The translations under genes were made by a program, and so were the position numbers. A stretch of DNA of 64,000 bases from Haplodiscus bocki (Eukaryota): positions 94,674,001-94,738,000 of the forward strand of contig OZ296649.1 in NCBI GenBank assembly GCA_965655095.1, in the 5' to 3' direction. Positions 36,950-51,600 of this stretch are shown here, one piece after another. Below the pieces are notes generated by a model. It saw only the letters and a list, made by a program, of their open reading frames with translations. It had not been told where the DNA came from and made no database searches. Position 1 is the stretch's first letter; every line of letters starts with the position of its first letter.

Positions 36950-37700
36950 CCGGGAATTTCCTCTTAAACCATTAAAAGTTCTTTTTTTATGTTCTCTCGG
37001 ATACGCCGACAGCTGTCTTTGAGGGAATTATTTCACAATAATCTATTGGACTGGCTCTAGTTGAAAAACTGTTTTACAGATCAAATGGTTTGATTTAATC
37101 AATGGAGTAAATACAGAAGAGAATCAAAAATCTTACATTTTCAAGAGAGGTTTGGGGGTCATTGTGTGGATATAATAGGGTGCCCCTGTTTACGACGCTT
37201 CTCTGTGTTGCTAACGACGGTTCAAGCAGATCTTGGGGTTTGGGTGACATCCGGGTCGCCCAGGGTTTCTGACTTGTGGGTGATCCAAGTGCAGAGTTTA
37301 TAAGTATTATGTGGACTAATATACGGCGAAACCAACTAAAAGAACATGAATGACTAAAACTGAGAAAGGAGAAGAACATAATTTTTTTGGAAGGGATATT
37401 TGTTAAAAATGTTTTGACTGCACGTCAAATCTAAAAACTGTTTCTTAAGTTCGTTTTTTCGTTTTTTTAGCACTAATAAGAAAAATGGTACCTGATAAGA
37501 GCTAAATTTGTCTAGTTTATGATGAATTTCGAGTAGATACTCCATGTCTCTGAACAGGGGACTGAATCTTTCAAGTTTGTAAAGTACCTGCTATTTGTTT
37601 ATTTAAAGAGACGTCCCTTTGCTTATTTTACTGGCGGATTGGGCCAGTGAGTGGTGACTGTTTAGTTTTTGAGAGTTTATTATTTAATAGCGAAGCGGCA
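36950..37700. repeat. Diverged copy of the sequence at ~47200-47890 (also in the later 4.3-kb units)
   Basis: Collinear matches: gctctagtt.aaaa, tacagaagagaatcaaaaat.ttacattt, ttataagtattatgtggactaa, ataagagctaa, gagtag.tactc, gagacgtcc. Confidence 0.8.
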
Positions 37701-39946
37701 ACGACTCCTAATTTAGTCGATCCGTTGACGGATTCCGTCCTAGCAATCGAAAAGCAGATGTCTGTTAAAGAACCAGCTACGCCACGAAAACCACCAGTGA
37801 ATGAGTTTAAATGAGAGCAACGGGAAGGCAGCAGAGCCCGTTGGAAGGAAATCAAAGGTGTTTTCAACGTTAGCGGAGAACTTAAAATGACATTGGTGTT
37901 GTTTTTTTGCTGTAGCTATGGGAATTGCCGAAAAGTTGAGTAAGATGTGAATCTCAGGTTCAAATGTTCAAATGACGCTTGTAAAGCTCACACCCAACGA
38001 AAACGTGTTTTGCGGTGATTGTCTTCTCTTGTTCTAGAACTACTTTTTGATTTTTGAGCCGAATATGATATTGTAATTGAAAATGGAATACATATAGCAA
38101 ACATGCATTTCAAAATGGAAACCAAAGTCAATCACAACAATTTTTTTTCAACCTTTGTTTGTCAAAATTGGAGTAATCACATCTCCAAAATGTTAGATTT
38201 AGAACCGGTTGGTGCTATTTGTGGCTGCGACCATCCTTCGAAATGTTACAATGTTTATGATTCTGCAAACCCTCATTTCCACAGTGACAATTGTTTACCA
38301 TTTGGTTTTGTGTATTGCATAATTTATCTTAGCAAACACCATACTTTGGGAAAAAATGCAAAGTTTTCAATGAAATGTACGATCCAGGTTCTTCAAACTA
38401 CAACAGAAGCAACCAAATCTGTAATCGCACTGATGCATGCCAAAATTACGGATTTCTTGTTGCATTCACGTTTGTATCTAGATCACTACATATACGATGA
38501 AGGTCTCATCTTAGCTGTTGTGTCAGAAATCGATGGTCCGACAAAAATTGGATGCTTACAAGTCTCGAGTGCAAACATGGAAGTGGCTTGTTAGTCAACA
38601 GTCAATTGAAATCCCAAGAAGTGAATGAACTTGTTTTTGATAACTTAGACCTCGTTTTTATCGTTATTGAGTCTCGCATGTCAGAAGTTCAAGTCGGGTC
38701 GAAGCATGCTCGTTTGTTTGATGAAGACAAGTTTTTGAATTTAATGCGTTTTTCAAACGCTGTTAAAGTTCACTGCAGCAAAAACCAGCTCACGAGTCCG
38801 TTTATTTTGAGACACTTCAAAAAAACTTTTACGGCCTGGATAGACAAAACCGTTAATTGATAACGAAAAATTTTGGTAATTCTTTGCCGTAGTGATGGCA
38901 TTGTTGTGTCATCTACCTAAGACTCTACAATTGTCAAAAATCATGTCAATATTTGATCTCTTTTTTCCTTCCATCTGTGCGAGTGACTCTTCGGTGTGCA
39001 ATTTACTCTCTGATGCATTTGTTGATAACAAAGTCGAATTTTTAGGGGTCAGCCTTCCGTTGGTCATTGGCCAACCTGTTTATAAGTGAACATCACCGAA
39101 ACTTTATAATATTCTGTAGTTAAACAACACTTTACTCGTGTACACTGGGATTGCCTACCTTCCGAAAAAGACGTTGGGGAAAAGTTCATTGTTTTGACTA
39201 AGCAATTCTTTTGACAACTTCTACAATCAATCAACGAACGTATCGACATCTGTACTTTTTTCAATCCCAAGAAACAAAAATTGAATCATTCGAAATCATG
39301 TTGTGCTGCTGAATTGAATGAGTTAGCTATATTTATCAAAAAATTTCGACAAAAACTCAAGTTGAAAATACAATCAACATATCAAAATAATATCGGTGGG
39401 GCCTAAAAAAACAAAAGAGGAAAAATGCAAAAACAATAAGCGGTGGACTGATAAAACAGTAAATGGTCTAAATGACACAAACAGTAGTATATACTTCAGG
39501 GCAGCAAGTGTCTGAAAAGAATAAGTACCTATTCTGATTGACGATGGGGAAAAAGTAAGTTTTGACGCAGATCAGGCTAATTTTATTGAGAAAGTCCTTT
39601 TCCAAGGCGGACACCTCCGTTGGCAACTGTTTTGATAAATGTTTTCTCAATGTTGGTGTGTCAGTGGGTAGCGTGGCCCCAAAAAAGAATTCAGAAACAC
39701 TCTTGAAGACTTTTCAATCAAGGACATTTTGCTATAATATATGCAGGATAAGAACAACAAATGACTTTGCTGCTGCCTCCTGGGGGGTTTATAGTAATTA
39801 AGTACTGATCTTTATATCCTATACTGCGGTTTTAAAATTTTCAGCTTTTTCACGCTCTGCTTACTTCCACAATTTTTCAACACACGTTTAGATACGGGTT
39901 TGTGATCTCTTAAAAAGGCGTCGGTTAGGCTCAGGAAAGAGAGCTG

Positions 39947-40156
39947 TTGAAAACTTCTTCAATTGCTCTTTCTGTAGGACCCATCTGTTTGTCGTCTCTT
40001 TTGGGCAAAGTATTGGAACGTTACGTCCATGCAAAATTGAAAAAACCCAATTCAATCATTTTCGAGGCTGAGCAATTCGCCTTTCGGGAAGGATGTTCAA
40101 TTATGAATTATCATCACCAGCTCATAAATTGTCAAAAGACCCTAGATTGTTTCTAA
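39947..40156 (+). mobile_element. Short decayed non-LTR RT fragment
   Basis: GPICLSSLLGKVLERYV...EQFAFREGCS resembles the RPI(S/C)LLS..GKxLER...QFGFR.G RT N-terminal motif. Confidence 0.6.
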
Positions 40157-43100
40157 GGATCCCCGTGTTGCCACCTTTTGTTTTAGAGACGGCTGTCGGT
40201 TAAATCAGTCAAAGTTTACTTTTCTATTGTCTGCTTAAACTGGTTTGCATGGAAAAATTGCACCTCCAATTCAAACTTTCTCAAGTAAAGAAGTGCTCTA
40301 ACAAAAATGATTCAGTCTCGGGTCAAACTTTCCCTTCCAGCCATTTGTTTATCCCAAAGTGTGAACCATTCTGCTTTACGTTTCATAAAAGTTTTTTCCA
40401 TTTTTCTAAAAGGCTACGAAATAAAATATAACTGTTCTGATAGTAGTACCGGCCTATGTTCTGCTTTTAGATCCATCACGCAAGATGAACCTTCTGATGA
40501 GTCCTGCAAAACGCGGAAGTTGGTCATTAACAGTACTTAAACTCAACAAATGACTTTCAATACAGTTGAAAACTCGGCACATGATCCAATTACGGATGTT
40601 GTCAAACTTTTCGGTCTTCCACTAGATCGGCTATTGAGGTTTAGAAGTTTTAAGGCCGTTTGACGGACTGCAACCTGTTCGATTGGAAAATTGTTATATG
40701 TATTATGAATGAAGACTCCAAGCAGTCTTCTAGCTTGGAACTACCTAATGTGTACGTCAAATCTAAATTTGTTTGTACTGTTCACCTCTGGTTCGATAGA
40801 AGTCTTTCATAATTCCGTGAGATATGGTTGAAGTTTGTAAGAACTCTCAGTTTCTTGAATTACAACAAGTTTTACGCGCAGGAGGTTTTCGTTCTTCCTA
40901 AAATTCCTACTCCGAGAACAAACTTTTATCGTTAGGTTCCTATTTTACTTAGAGCTGTGACTCGGAAATCCACTTCGCAATTCCGCAATGTAACAGAGCG
41001 TGTGACTTTATATTGGGTTTTCTTCGGATTTCATTGATTCTCACTAGTCGGGAGAATATGATGGGTTGACTGAAATTTTCCAATATTACAGATGCAGCAG
41101 GAGTTGATGAAGATCTCTAGTTTTACTTCATACGTTTTGCACGCATGTTTGGCAAAGAGAAGCTGACAGGAAATTGAAGTCAACTGAACATCAGGGACTG
41201 ATTGTAGGAAACAAATTTCTCGAAGTATTGGATGGTAGTAATATGTCCGCCAGTCAACAGACTCTTACATTAAGGCGTTTGGTAAAAGATTTTCGTTTAA
41301 GTTTTTTCAAAGACAATACTTCGAGTACTCAGCTTCCCCACTGTGATTGCAGTTAATATGATACAAATGAACATCTCATTTTTTACTGTCAACCTGAATA
41401 AACGCGTGTTTAAAATTGACTTGATAGAGGAAAAGCCGATCTCACTGTTAGCTCTAACCGACTTGAACATTGAGAAGGAAATGGAAGCAGTTGTCGACCT
41501 ATTGAAGGTAAATCAAAGCATTCTCGACTCTTCTGATACTTCATGGAAAATGGACCCAAATCCGTGTTCAATAGAATAAAGATTTTTTGTTGACATATGC
41601 ACTTGTGAAACAAGGACAATAGAAGATCCTCTCTCCTGCTCTCTCTCTCCCTCGCTGTGTGTTGTTAGGTGGGATGCTTCACCTGGGTAGATGCTGGAGG
41701 TCATTAAAGTCTTTGGACAAGAAAAAATGTATCCTGAAATCCAACAAAATTACATCTAAACATCCGAACGGCTGTCCAAATTGATGTCACTGTACTTGGT
41801 TTCCTTGATTTTTTCGTGGGAGAAGAGGGGATGGACGGCATGAGTGGTCAGGAAGGGTTGCCATAGTTAGTTGAAAGAAGGAAATGAGTTGCTCTGTTGA
41901 CAGTATGCTACGTGAGAGACGCTACAAGGTAGAGTTTGAGTTTCTTTAACCAAATCTTTTGGACTTACGTTGTTGTTAAATTTGAGGAGTATGGTGTAGG
42001 GAAATTATTAATGATGTCATGGAAACGAATGCTCTTGATGTGTGAATATTTGTTTTCAAGCAGACAAATTGTTTATGTGGCAATTGGACTGTTTTGAAGT
42101 GAAACCGGGCAGAGCGTTTTACTAAATGCAATCTAGGAATCCTGCTAGAGGGCGGCGTTGAGGAAAAAACCACCATTGAGGCCCTTTACAAGTGCAGCTA
42201 AAAAATTGGCACTGAAGAGATGGATTGGAGGAGACCCATTCACTCAAAGAATCTGAAAACAGAATCTTTCCAAGAATTGAAGACACAGCACACGACAGTC
42301 CCATTTGGGAGCAAACAAAGGCAAAAAACGGAGTGGAGGCTCCAGAAAAAGCGGCTTCCACACAAGTGAAGCCTACGGCACAAACAAAAAGCGACAGACA
42401 TACTTTTTCTCCGTAATGGAGGAAAAGCTGCCTATGATAAATTGTTGCTGAATGAACTTATGGTATCGAGTTGCTGATTAAGTGGTGCATCAAGTTAAAA
42501 TGGGTGGCACTGAGGTCTCGTAAGTTGGACCGCAGTTGCTCTACGTTGTTTGTCGGGGACTCAAATGTTGCGCCGAGAATAAACTTGGACTCGGAAACCT
42601 CATGAAAGTGTTTTTGAGCAAATTCGGCTTGGCCGCGTGCTTCGGACACGGCCTGCTCCCTGTGATTAACGGAGTAGTTAGAAACCGGACAAAAGGGAAA
42701 CGCATTGGTCCACGGCGCCTCTTTTCGGCGAATACTATTGTACAGCAGTGTCGGAGCATTCAATAAAGACTTTGGAAGTCCAGGATCAGGGCACAGGAAA
42801 AAGGATAAAAGGAAAAACTGTGGTTGCGGAAGCTTCGGATGTGGGTGGGAAGGAAGCCATGTTTCTAGTTTGACGCGAGCAACGTTGAGACTGGTTGTCT
42901 CGATTACTGATTTTCTGCAAGCGGACAGTACTTCATTGTGAAAAAATCTTGTTTATCCGATATTGCAGATCTTCCACAAGCAAAACGTGTGTGTTCATGG
43001 CAACAAAGTCTTTTCGGGCAGAGCTAGTTTTAACTGCTAATGAAGGCGTAAGTTGCTGGTAAAGAGATTTGTAGGAACACCTAAAGAAATTAAAACATTG

Positions 43101-45636
43101 GAACTCGAACAAACTGATTACAGGAAAATATCAAGTTTGGGAAAGGAATATAAAGAGATGGAAGGGAAAAGCTAAATACGGAAACATATGTCGACCTTGA
43201 ATTACACGGAAACGTATTTACAGAGCTACTTACCTGCGAATGAAGAAGGCCCGGAAAGGTGCCGGGTGTAGAAGCAGAGGTTATTTGCTGTCAAAAGGCG
43301 CGGAAAGGACTCCTTCAAACGAGTTGGAATTTACACAGCTCAGTGATGACAGGGTTGGTGAGGTCGAAAATATATTGTACACTGGTTTCTGAGATGAAAA
43401 GTTATGTGAAAGGCCCAATATTTTTGGTGTTGCTAGTTAACGGATAGGCAAGTTGTGGGAGTTTAAGGGCATCGGTAGAAACGGCTGAAGTGGCCGGAAG
43501 TTTAGTGAAAGGGTTTGTATCAATGTTAGTGGTTTCAGCAAGAGCAAGTGGGATGTTTTCATTAGAAAGGTAAAAAACGTTTTTGGCAGGAACCGACAGA
43601 GCCAACGAGTAGGTGACTGAGAGATAGCGAAAAAGAATATCAGAAGCACGAGGTACAGAGACTTGCACAATGTGTCAAAAGCGACCGGAGGTGCCCCGGA
43701 AGAAATGCTGAAGATGTGTTAACAGACCTCCGTCTTTTAGACGGAAAAGTGTGCGGCTAATGCGGAAGTTAAACTGAGACAAAGTGATGGAAACTAGGGA
43801 AAACAGAACTGCCGTACAAGTGAGGAAAATTGGGGAAGGAGCTGTTGACGTAGCTGTTGAAATGGTATTACGCGTTAGGATGAATGATTTGGGGAAGGGT
43901 CTCAGGGAATATTCGTTTAACGCCGGGAATTTCTTTCAATTCATGACGGTCGGTGCTCTGGGCGGACTGTCGTCTTAGAGCAAAAGAATAAGTGTGGTGT
44001 TTGTTTAGCATTGGATATCAGCTTAAAAACTAGATCAAGAGACGATGTGAGTTCAACGGTAGCAAGCGAAGGCGCCGGGTTGTTTTTTGAAGAAATCAAT
44101 AACAGGCACCTTTTCGCAATCCCTTTGATCGAATGATAGTTTATTGTTTCAAATTGGGTAGACAAGACACTCTGGACACGAAAATATGGAGTCTAAAAAA
44201 CCTGCAGCAGCACTAACATTCATCATTTGGTTATTGGAAACAGGTGAGAATTTGTGATACGTGAAATCAGCTAAATAAAATGCGTATGGCGAATCCGGCA
44301 AAAGAAAAGACTCTAAATTAGTTTCTCAAGGAAGGAGGTTCCTAATTCTGAAACAAATGTAAGCAAAGAAATGTCTCGTCCGTGGTGGTTAAAAAACCAT
44401 GTTTCCACAAGTTTTTTGTCTGTGAATACAACGAGAAGCGCGTTAGGGAATTGATACAGGAAGGAGTGTAACCGACATCGTTGGGTTGACAAAGAGGTGT
44501 GGCTTGAAAGACATAGTTTTTGAAGTCAATGTACTTCCACCGACAACAAAGATGCCGTGTGAAAAAGGGAAATTTCCGGAACCATTTGAAGCGCATGATA
44601 AATGGCTTGTTGGCCCTCACCTATCGCCGGAGAGAGTTCAGTCTCTCGGAAACTTTAATCGCTATCGAGTTCATTAAATTTTGTGGCCAACAGGCAAAGA
44701 AGTGCGAATTCAGGAAAAACATAATCAGCTACATGTGACAAGGTGGTGGAGGAGAGTGCAACTTCGAACGCATAGAAAGCTGCTATGCAGGAAAAGATGT
44801 CTGCATACAAAGATCCGAGATCGCCAAACTAGTTTCTGATCTGTTTCGTGAAGCTCATGCTATGTGTCAAAGTGGTATTTTACTCAACCAGGTGTAAAAT
44901 GATGCCTTTGATCTGTACTACAAATTTCCAGTACCTTCAGTTTTTTGCCAACAACTTCTGTTCTTTTCAAAACACTTCTTCTAATTTTTGACTTCAATTC
45001 CAAGGAGGAAATCTTTTCCATCATTCTCTCTACTGGATGCAAAGCGTCGTGGAAAATCTGTCGCCTTGCCCTGGCTGTATAAACAATCTCTGCTTCTTCT
45101 TTTTCGGTGCAAAGATCGCAAATGGAAAATGCTGAACTTGCAGAGTCTTCAGCGTGTGTTCCCAGTATAAAACATGCGGCTCCAGCGGCCGTTCTAATAA
45201 TGATCACTGCTGCTTTGTTACGCGCAATGTCATATTGTAGAACGAGGAGCGGTATGAAGGAAGCGCAGTTAGCTTGGATTCTTCTTGGTTGTTTTGCGCG
45301 GCCTGTTTTTATTTTTCTAACCGGTCAAGTTCACCGCGACGCTGGTGAAAGATTATTCACATAAAATGGTCATTTGTTCAACCTGGCAACGTTTAGATGT
45401 TTTCAAAAGGTCCATTGAGTCGGAACAGCCTCTCATCTCAAGAAAGATACAGGCGTCTTTCAAACTATGGTTCGGTTCTCGGATAAGCGGGGAGACCACA
45501 TGAACGTTACTATCCGTTTTTGGTGTCACACTCAGGTATCTGAAAACAAAGGCTGCACCTTTTTTGAAGAAAACTTTTTCCAATGCATCGCTCAACTGGC
45601 TGGCAATTTGAACCTCACCAGGGTTGGAACTATAGG

Positions 45637-48600
45637 GAATGAAGGAGAGAACCATTTGGAAGTTGCTGGCTGTGGCATTTGGTGTGTTCCGTTTACTGAT
45701 GGAACAAAATTTCAAAGATCACTTGTTGTGCGACATTGGATGTATAAAAATTTTAACTGTAGAATAAGGGTCTTTTTGCAGTCTCCGTTTTAAGATTTCT
45801 CTGGCAATTTAGAGAGGGGGAACTCGGGAGCATTGACGCCTTATAGAGCGACAGAAGTGGCACGATTTTTTCAAGTCACTGTTGGGGGAATTTCCCGAAG
45901 AAGTTTTTCGTAGAGTTTTCTTGAAGATTCTTGAGTAATGGAATGCAATGCGTTGGTTTCATGGGGTTCATTTAGAACAACAAGAAAAAGTTCTACTTTT
46001 GGGTGAAAAGATATAAATCGGAAGGGTCTCTGCCTCACTTGATCGATGTTAGTAGTGGAAGTCCTCAAGTTTTTGATGCATTAGGAGTTTGGAATTGTTT
46101 GGTGTGGGTGATGCGTTTTTTGGACTGGATGTTTTATAGGAAAGTGGAACTGAGCGACATGACAAGGGTGAGTAGGGATAAAAAGTGGCCTTCCTGGGAC
46201 GTTTGGTTTTGGTGATACAAATAAAAGATTGTTCCGTTTCATCCGAATGATTGGGTAGACGTGAAGTTACGAGCGTGTTCTGGATTTTCCAAAAAGTTGA
46301 TCAAACTGAAATTTCTCAATTTGGCAGTATTGCGAGTAGTTTTTAAAGTTCGGGTGTTTGAACGAGTGGTTTTTGATGTCTACCGCCGGAAGTTTGGTCA
46401 GAACCAGAAGTGACAATCAAGTGCTACTGTGACTAATTGTTCTCCACATAAACACTCCAACGAAAACTGTTTTTTTTGTTGGCGCTTTTCTCATTTTGCA
46501 ACATATCTTGTGAAACAAGTCCCGGAAAAGTCTTCAAGACGTGTCAGTGAAAACCTATCGGCCAAAACTATCAGGAAAGTCAATGACGTTACTCAAAACG
46601 CGAAAACTAACGGTAAACAGACATAGCTCGAGACCAAACGTGATCGTAACAGTGCAATTTGTGAGTACCGGGGAGGCAAGCTGCTTGGCTACGTACAGTT
46701 CCAGGTGTTAAGGAGTAGTTGTTTAGCGTGGTTACGGAGTTTTTGGCAGAAGTAGGGACACGTATTTGCAGGGAAAAAAATTAAGATTTGATATACCCAC
46801 CGATGGACTGGGCACGGTTGAAATTTGAGAGAAAGTTAGTGATTATTCAACCAATGAGTTTTTTCTATGTGTACATCGGATACCTTTGGAACTACGCTTA
46901 CCGTTTCGTGACAAACATTCAACAAAAAAGGCTTATCCAACTGCGTACAGTGATTTTCTGTTAACATACGGGCCCTATCTGCCGTCTGCAGTGGTTCTTT
47001 GGTAGGTGGCACCACTAGCCACAACGCGGGACAAATTGCGTGATAAAATCTCACAAGAATTTGTAGATTAGAAAATAATTTCGTTTAAATAAAATTTTTA
47101 CTCGTAAAGTAATTTGAGCAATCCATATTTAACAACAGTGAGGCTGCTTTTGAACCCATGACATGAATTCTTTTCTTTTTTCTTTTTAGACACGCAAACA
47201 GTTGTTGCTGAACGTGTATTTTACCAAAAAATTTTTATGCATTTGCTCTAGTTAAAAACTTGTTTTGGAGTTCAACAAGGTTGATTTCAGAAACGGATTA
47301 AGTACAGAAGAGAATCAAAAATTTTACATTTCCGAGAGAAGAGTGTTGGGGGTCATTTTTGTTGACTTTGTGGGTTGCTTTTGCTTACCACGGTAATGAG
47401 TGTTATTATGGACGGTTAAGGTTGATCTGCGGGGTCTGCATGGTTTCCCGGTGGCTCAGGCTTTTGGATGTGTGGGAGGTTGAGGTGCAGGGCTTATAAG
47501 TATTATGTGGACTAAAGTAGGGCGAAAGCATGCTAAGGAAAAATTTAAAAGAACAGTATAACATACTTTCTATTGAAAAAACTTTGTGTCTGAAACTGTT
47601 CTGACTGCATGTGGGAACTAATGAAAATGCTTGTGAAGTTCGTTTTTTAGTGTTAGTATAAATTACAGTACATAATAAGAGCTAATATCGTATAAAAAGT
47701 GAAAGATTTAGAGTAGTTACTCAATGCCTTTAAGCAAAAGACCGATTGTTTTAAGTCTGTCAAATGCCTTCTTTGTTCTTGTAAGGAGACGTCCTATAGT
47801 TTGTAAAAATAAGAGCTTGAACAAGTATGCAGTTACTGTTTAATAATAAGAGTTTAATGTTTATTAGCAGAGCAGCGACGGCCGCTATTATAAAGAATCG
47901 GAAAGTTTTGAAATGTTGTCAAATTGGAAAATTTCACGTCATTTTTTGCCAAAAAATATTGAATTCATGGTTCTAGAAAACATCTTTTGCAAAATATATG
48001 ACAGAAACCCAGTGATAGCTGGGTGCCTTGTTTTGACTACAATTGAACAATATTTGTATTTTCCGATTGCCATCAATGTGATGGGCCAAACTCTTCTCGA
48101 GTTTTCTTTCTCCATATGGTACTCCTTAGTTTTACTTCGTAGCTCTTGGTTCTGTCTTCAGATTGCAAAGGTTGCCAGAAAGGTCCTTAGTTGACCTGTA
48201 GGCACCAGTCGGACACCCACGAACATTGTTGTAATTGAGGATTTGTAGAATTTTAGAGTCTTAACAAAAAAAACAAATTGGGGTAGAAATGATGTTTTGT
48301 GTTGCTTCAGCTTGGAGAGTTCGTTGGGCACCAGATTTTCCGTGTGGTTACATGTCTTATTGCTTTTAGACAATTTCCAGGGCAAAACTGCGTTTTGTTC
48401 GTATCTTTGGATTCATTCCGAAGTTTTGGAGCGCAGGAGCAGTATCTAAAAAACAATGTCTGTAAAATTTTAACATTCGCTCGGGAATAATATCTAAAAT
48501 CAGACAGCACGGCTGAAGTCCTGAAAAAACGTCAAGATTTTTTCACCTAAAGTAAAACGGTAATAAGATTTTGAAACCAGGAGAAAGGTGAAAATCGCCC

Positions 48601-51600
48601 ACAATACTTCTCTATTTCAATCTCTAAATGTGAAAATTCTATCAGCACAGAAAATAGCCGAACAATCGATTGATAGAAAAGATTTTTTTTGACTCAGGCC
48701 CAATAAGTATGGCAATTTTTAGTAAAAGTCTTCGATGCAGCATCTGTACAAAAAATGTCCACTCGGCGTGGTTCAAAAAATGAACCTTTCCATTTCACAT
48801 GCCCAACATTTTTGTAAAGCCTGTTTTATCCTCGTCACGTACAAACTCAATACAGCCAGGGGACTGTCCGTGGAAAAAGATCATGTCATTCACAGTATTT
48901 TTTCATTTTTTTAACATCTGCAATTTTTCAAAGATTTTTGAGAGGAAATCATGGTTTTTCAGCACATTATCAAAAGCTTCAGTTTTAATGCGAATGGGCG
49001 GTGAAATTGTTGTTTGACTTTCTTTTTCTCATGATAAACAATATTTTTGTAAGAGTAGTTAGATAAGATTTTCTGTTTGATAATTTTGATGAAGTCATCG
49101 CGTCAAAACTTTGTCTACTATCAAGGCATCAAAAAATTACCAGTTAACCCTTATATGCTCGGAATAGAATTTTTTTCCATGCACGGTGAAAGTGGGCCGT
49201 GCCAAATTAAATGCAATGGCCGCAGTTAAAAAGTTCCGCAAGTAAAATTACATGCAGATGCAGACGAAACTTTCCACAGGTAACGATTGCCAGCAGCTTC
49301 CGCAGGTAACTATTGAAAATTTACCTGCGCCCGCAAATAAACTATGTGGAGCCTCTACTGTGCGTGTCAAGTAGGATGTTTTCAAGCCTAGTGACTTCTT
49401 TTTCTATGCAGTAACAAGCATTTTGATCAAATTAAACATTTACTGCCCTTAAAGTGAACGGTGAATCCTTCGAAAGTGATTTCGTTCAGAATATTATGGA
49501 CTGTTCCTTGATGGTTATTCAAAGCTCTGTCCGAGAAACAGAGCTAGTTTGAAAAGTCTTCAATCTGGCAAAAATGAGTAGGATATGACTGCTATCACTT
49601 TTCTCTATCTTCATCGAGTTGCGGAAAAAGGTTAAAAAAACGAAGATTTGGGGAAAGACACTCACGAAAATGAAGTACGTGAAAAAAACTGCTCAACAGC
49701 ACATACACTCTGAGAGACTTTTGAAGTTTCTGAGTTTGTAGAAATCAAGGAGCTTCAATTGAAGAGATGAACGCGTTGCTTTTCATTGAAAGTCCTAAAA
49801 TTAAGTTTACAGGACAAGCATTAACCAAATTTTACTGAAACCTGGCGACAACATTTGGCGCGAAGGTTGTTAAGTCTTTGAGGTTCTAATGTTGTTCAGA
49901 ATTAAGGTTATAATTTTGCGAGAAAACACTTGGGAAGAATGAGGGAGAGAACCATTTGGAAGTTGCTGGCTGTGGCATTTGGTGTGTTCCGTTTACTGAT
50001 GGAACAAAATTTCAAAGATCACTTGTTGTGCGACATTGGATGTATAAAAATTTTAGCTGTAGAATAAGGGTCTTTTTGCAGTCTCCGTTTTAAGATTTCT
50101 CTGGCAATTTAGTGAGGGGGAACTCGGGAGCATTGACGCCTTATAGAGCGACAGAAGTGGCACGATTTTTTCAAGTCACTGTTGGGGGAATTTCCCGAAG
50201 AAGTTTTTCGTAGAGTTTTCTTGAAGATTCTTGAGTAATGGAATGCAATGCGTTGGTTTCATGGGGTTCATTTAGAACAACAAGAAGAAGTTCTACTTTT
50301 GGGTGAAAAGATATAATTGGGAAGGGTCTCTGCCTCACTTGATCGATGTTAGTAGTGGAAGGCCTCAAGTTTTTGATGCATTAGGAGTTTGGAATTGTTT
50401 GGTGTGGGTGATGCGTTTTTTGGACTGGATGTTTTATAGGAAAGTGGAACTGAGCGACATGACAAGGGTGATTAGGGATAAAAAGTGGCCTTCCTGGGAC
50501 CTTTGGTTTCGGTGATGCAAATAAAAGATTGTTCCGTTTCATCCGAATGATTGGGTAGACGTGAAGTTACGAGCGTGTTTTGGATTTTTCAAAAAGTTGA
50601 TCAAACTGAAATTTCTCAATTTGGCAGTTTTACGAGTAGTTTTTAAAGTTAGGGTATTTGAACGAGTGGTTTTTGATGTCTACCGCCGGAAGTTCGGTCA
50701 GAACCAGCAGTGACAATCAAGTGCTACTGTGACTAATTGTTCTCCACATAAACACTCCAAAGAAAACTGTTTTTTTTTGTGCGCGCTTTTCTCATTTTGC
50801 AACATATCTTGTGAAACAAGTCCCGGAAAAGTCTTCAAGACGTGTCAGTGAAAACCTATCGGCCAAAACTATCAGGAAAGTCAATGACGTTACTCAAAAC
50901 GCGAAAACTAACGGTAAACAGACATAGCTCGAGACCAAACGTGATCGTAACAGTGCAATTTGTGAGTACCGGGGAGGCAAGCTGCTTGGTTACGTGCAGT
51001 TCCAGATGTTAAGGGGTAGTTGTTTAGTGTGGTTACGGAATTTTTGGCAGAAGTAGGGGACACTTATTTGCCGGGAAAAAAATTAATTATTGATATACCC
51101 ACCGATGGACTGGGCACGGTTGAAATTTGAGAGAAAGTTAGTGATTATTCAACCAATGAGTTTTTTCTATGTGTACATCGGATACCTTTGGAACTACGCT
51201 TACCGTTTCGTGACAAACATTCAACAAAAAAGGCTTATCCAACTGCGTACAGTGATTTTCTGTTAACATACGGGCCCTATCTGCCGTCTGCAGTGGTTCT
51301 TTGGTAGGTGGCACCACTAGCCACAACGCGGGACAAATTGCGTGATAAAATCTCACAAGAATTTGTAGATTAGAAAATAATTTCGTTTAAATAAAATTTT
51401 TACTCGTAAAGTAATTTGAGCAATCCATATTTAACAACAGTGAGGCTGCTTTTGAACCCATGACATGAATTCTTTTCTTTTTTCTTTTTAGACACGCAAA
51501 CAGTTGTTGCTGAACGTGTATTTTACCAAAAAATTTTTATGCATTTGCTCTAGTTAAAAACTTGTTTTGGATTTCAACAAGTTTGATTTCAGAAACGGAT

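Noticed and set aside
38103-46400. Calling the block a Polinton/Maverick or a named virus
   Set aside because: No recognisable pPolB, packaging ATPase, integrase, protease or capsid motif. Left as unidentified.
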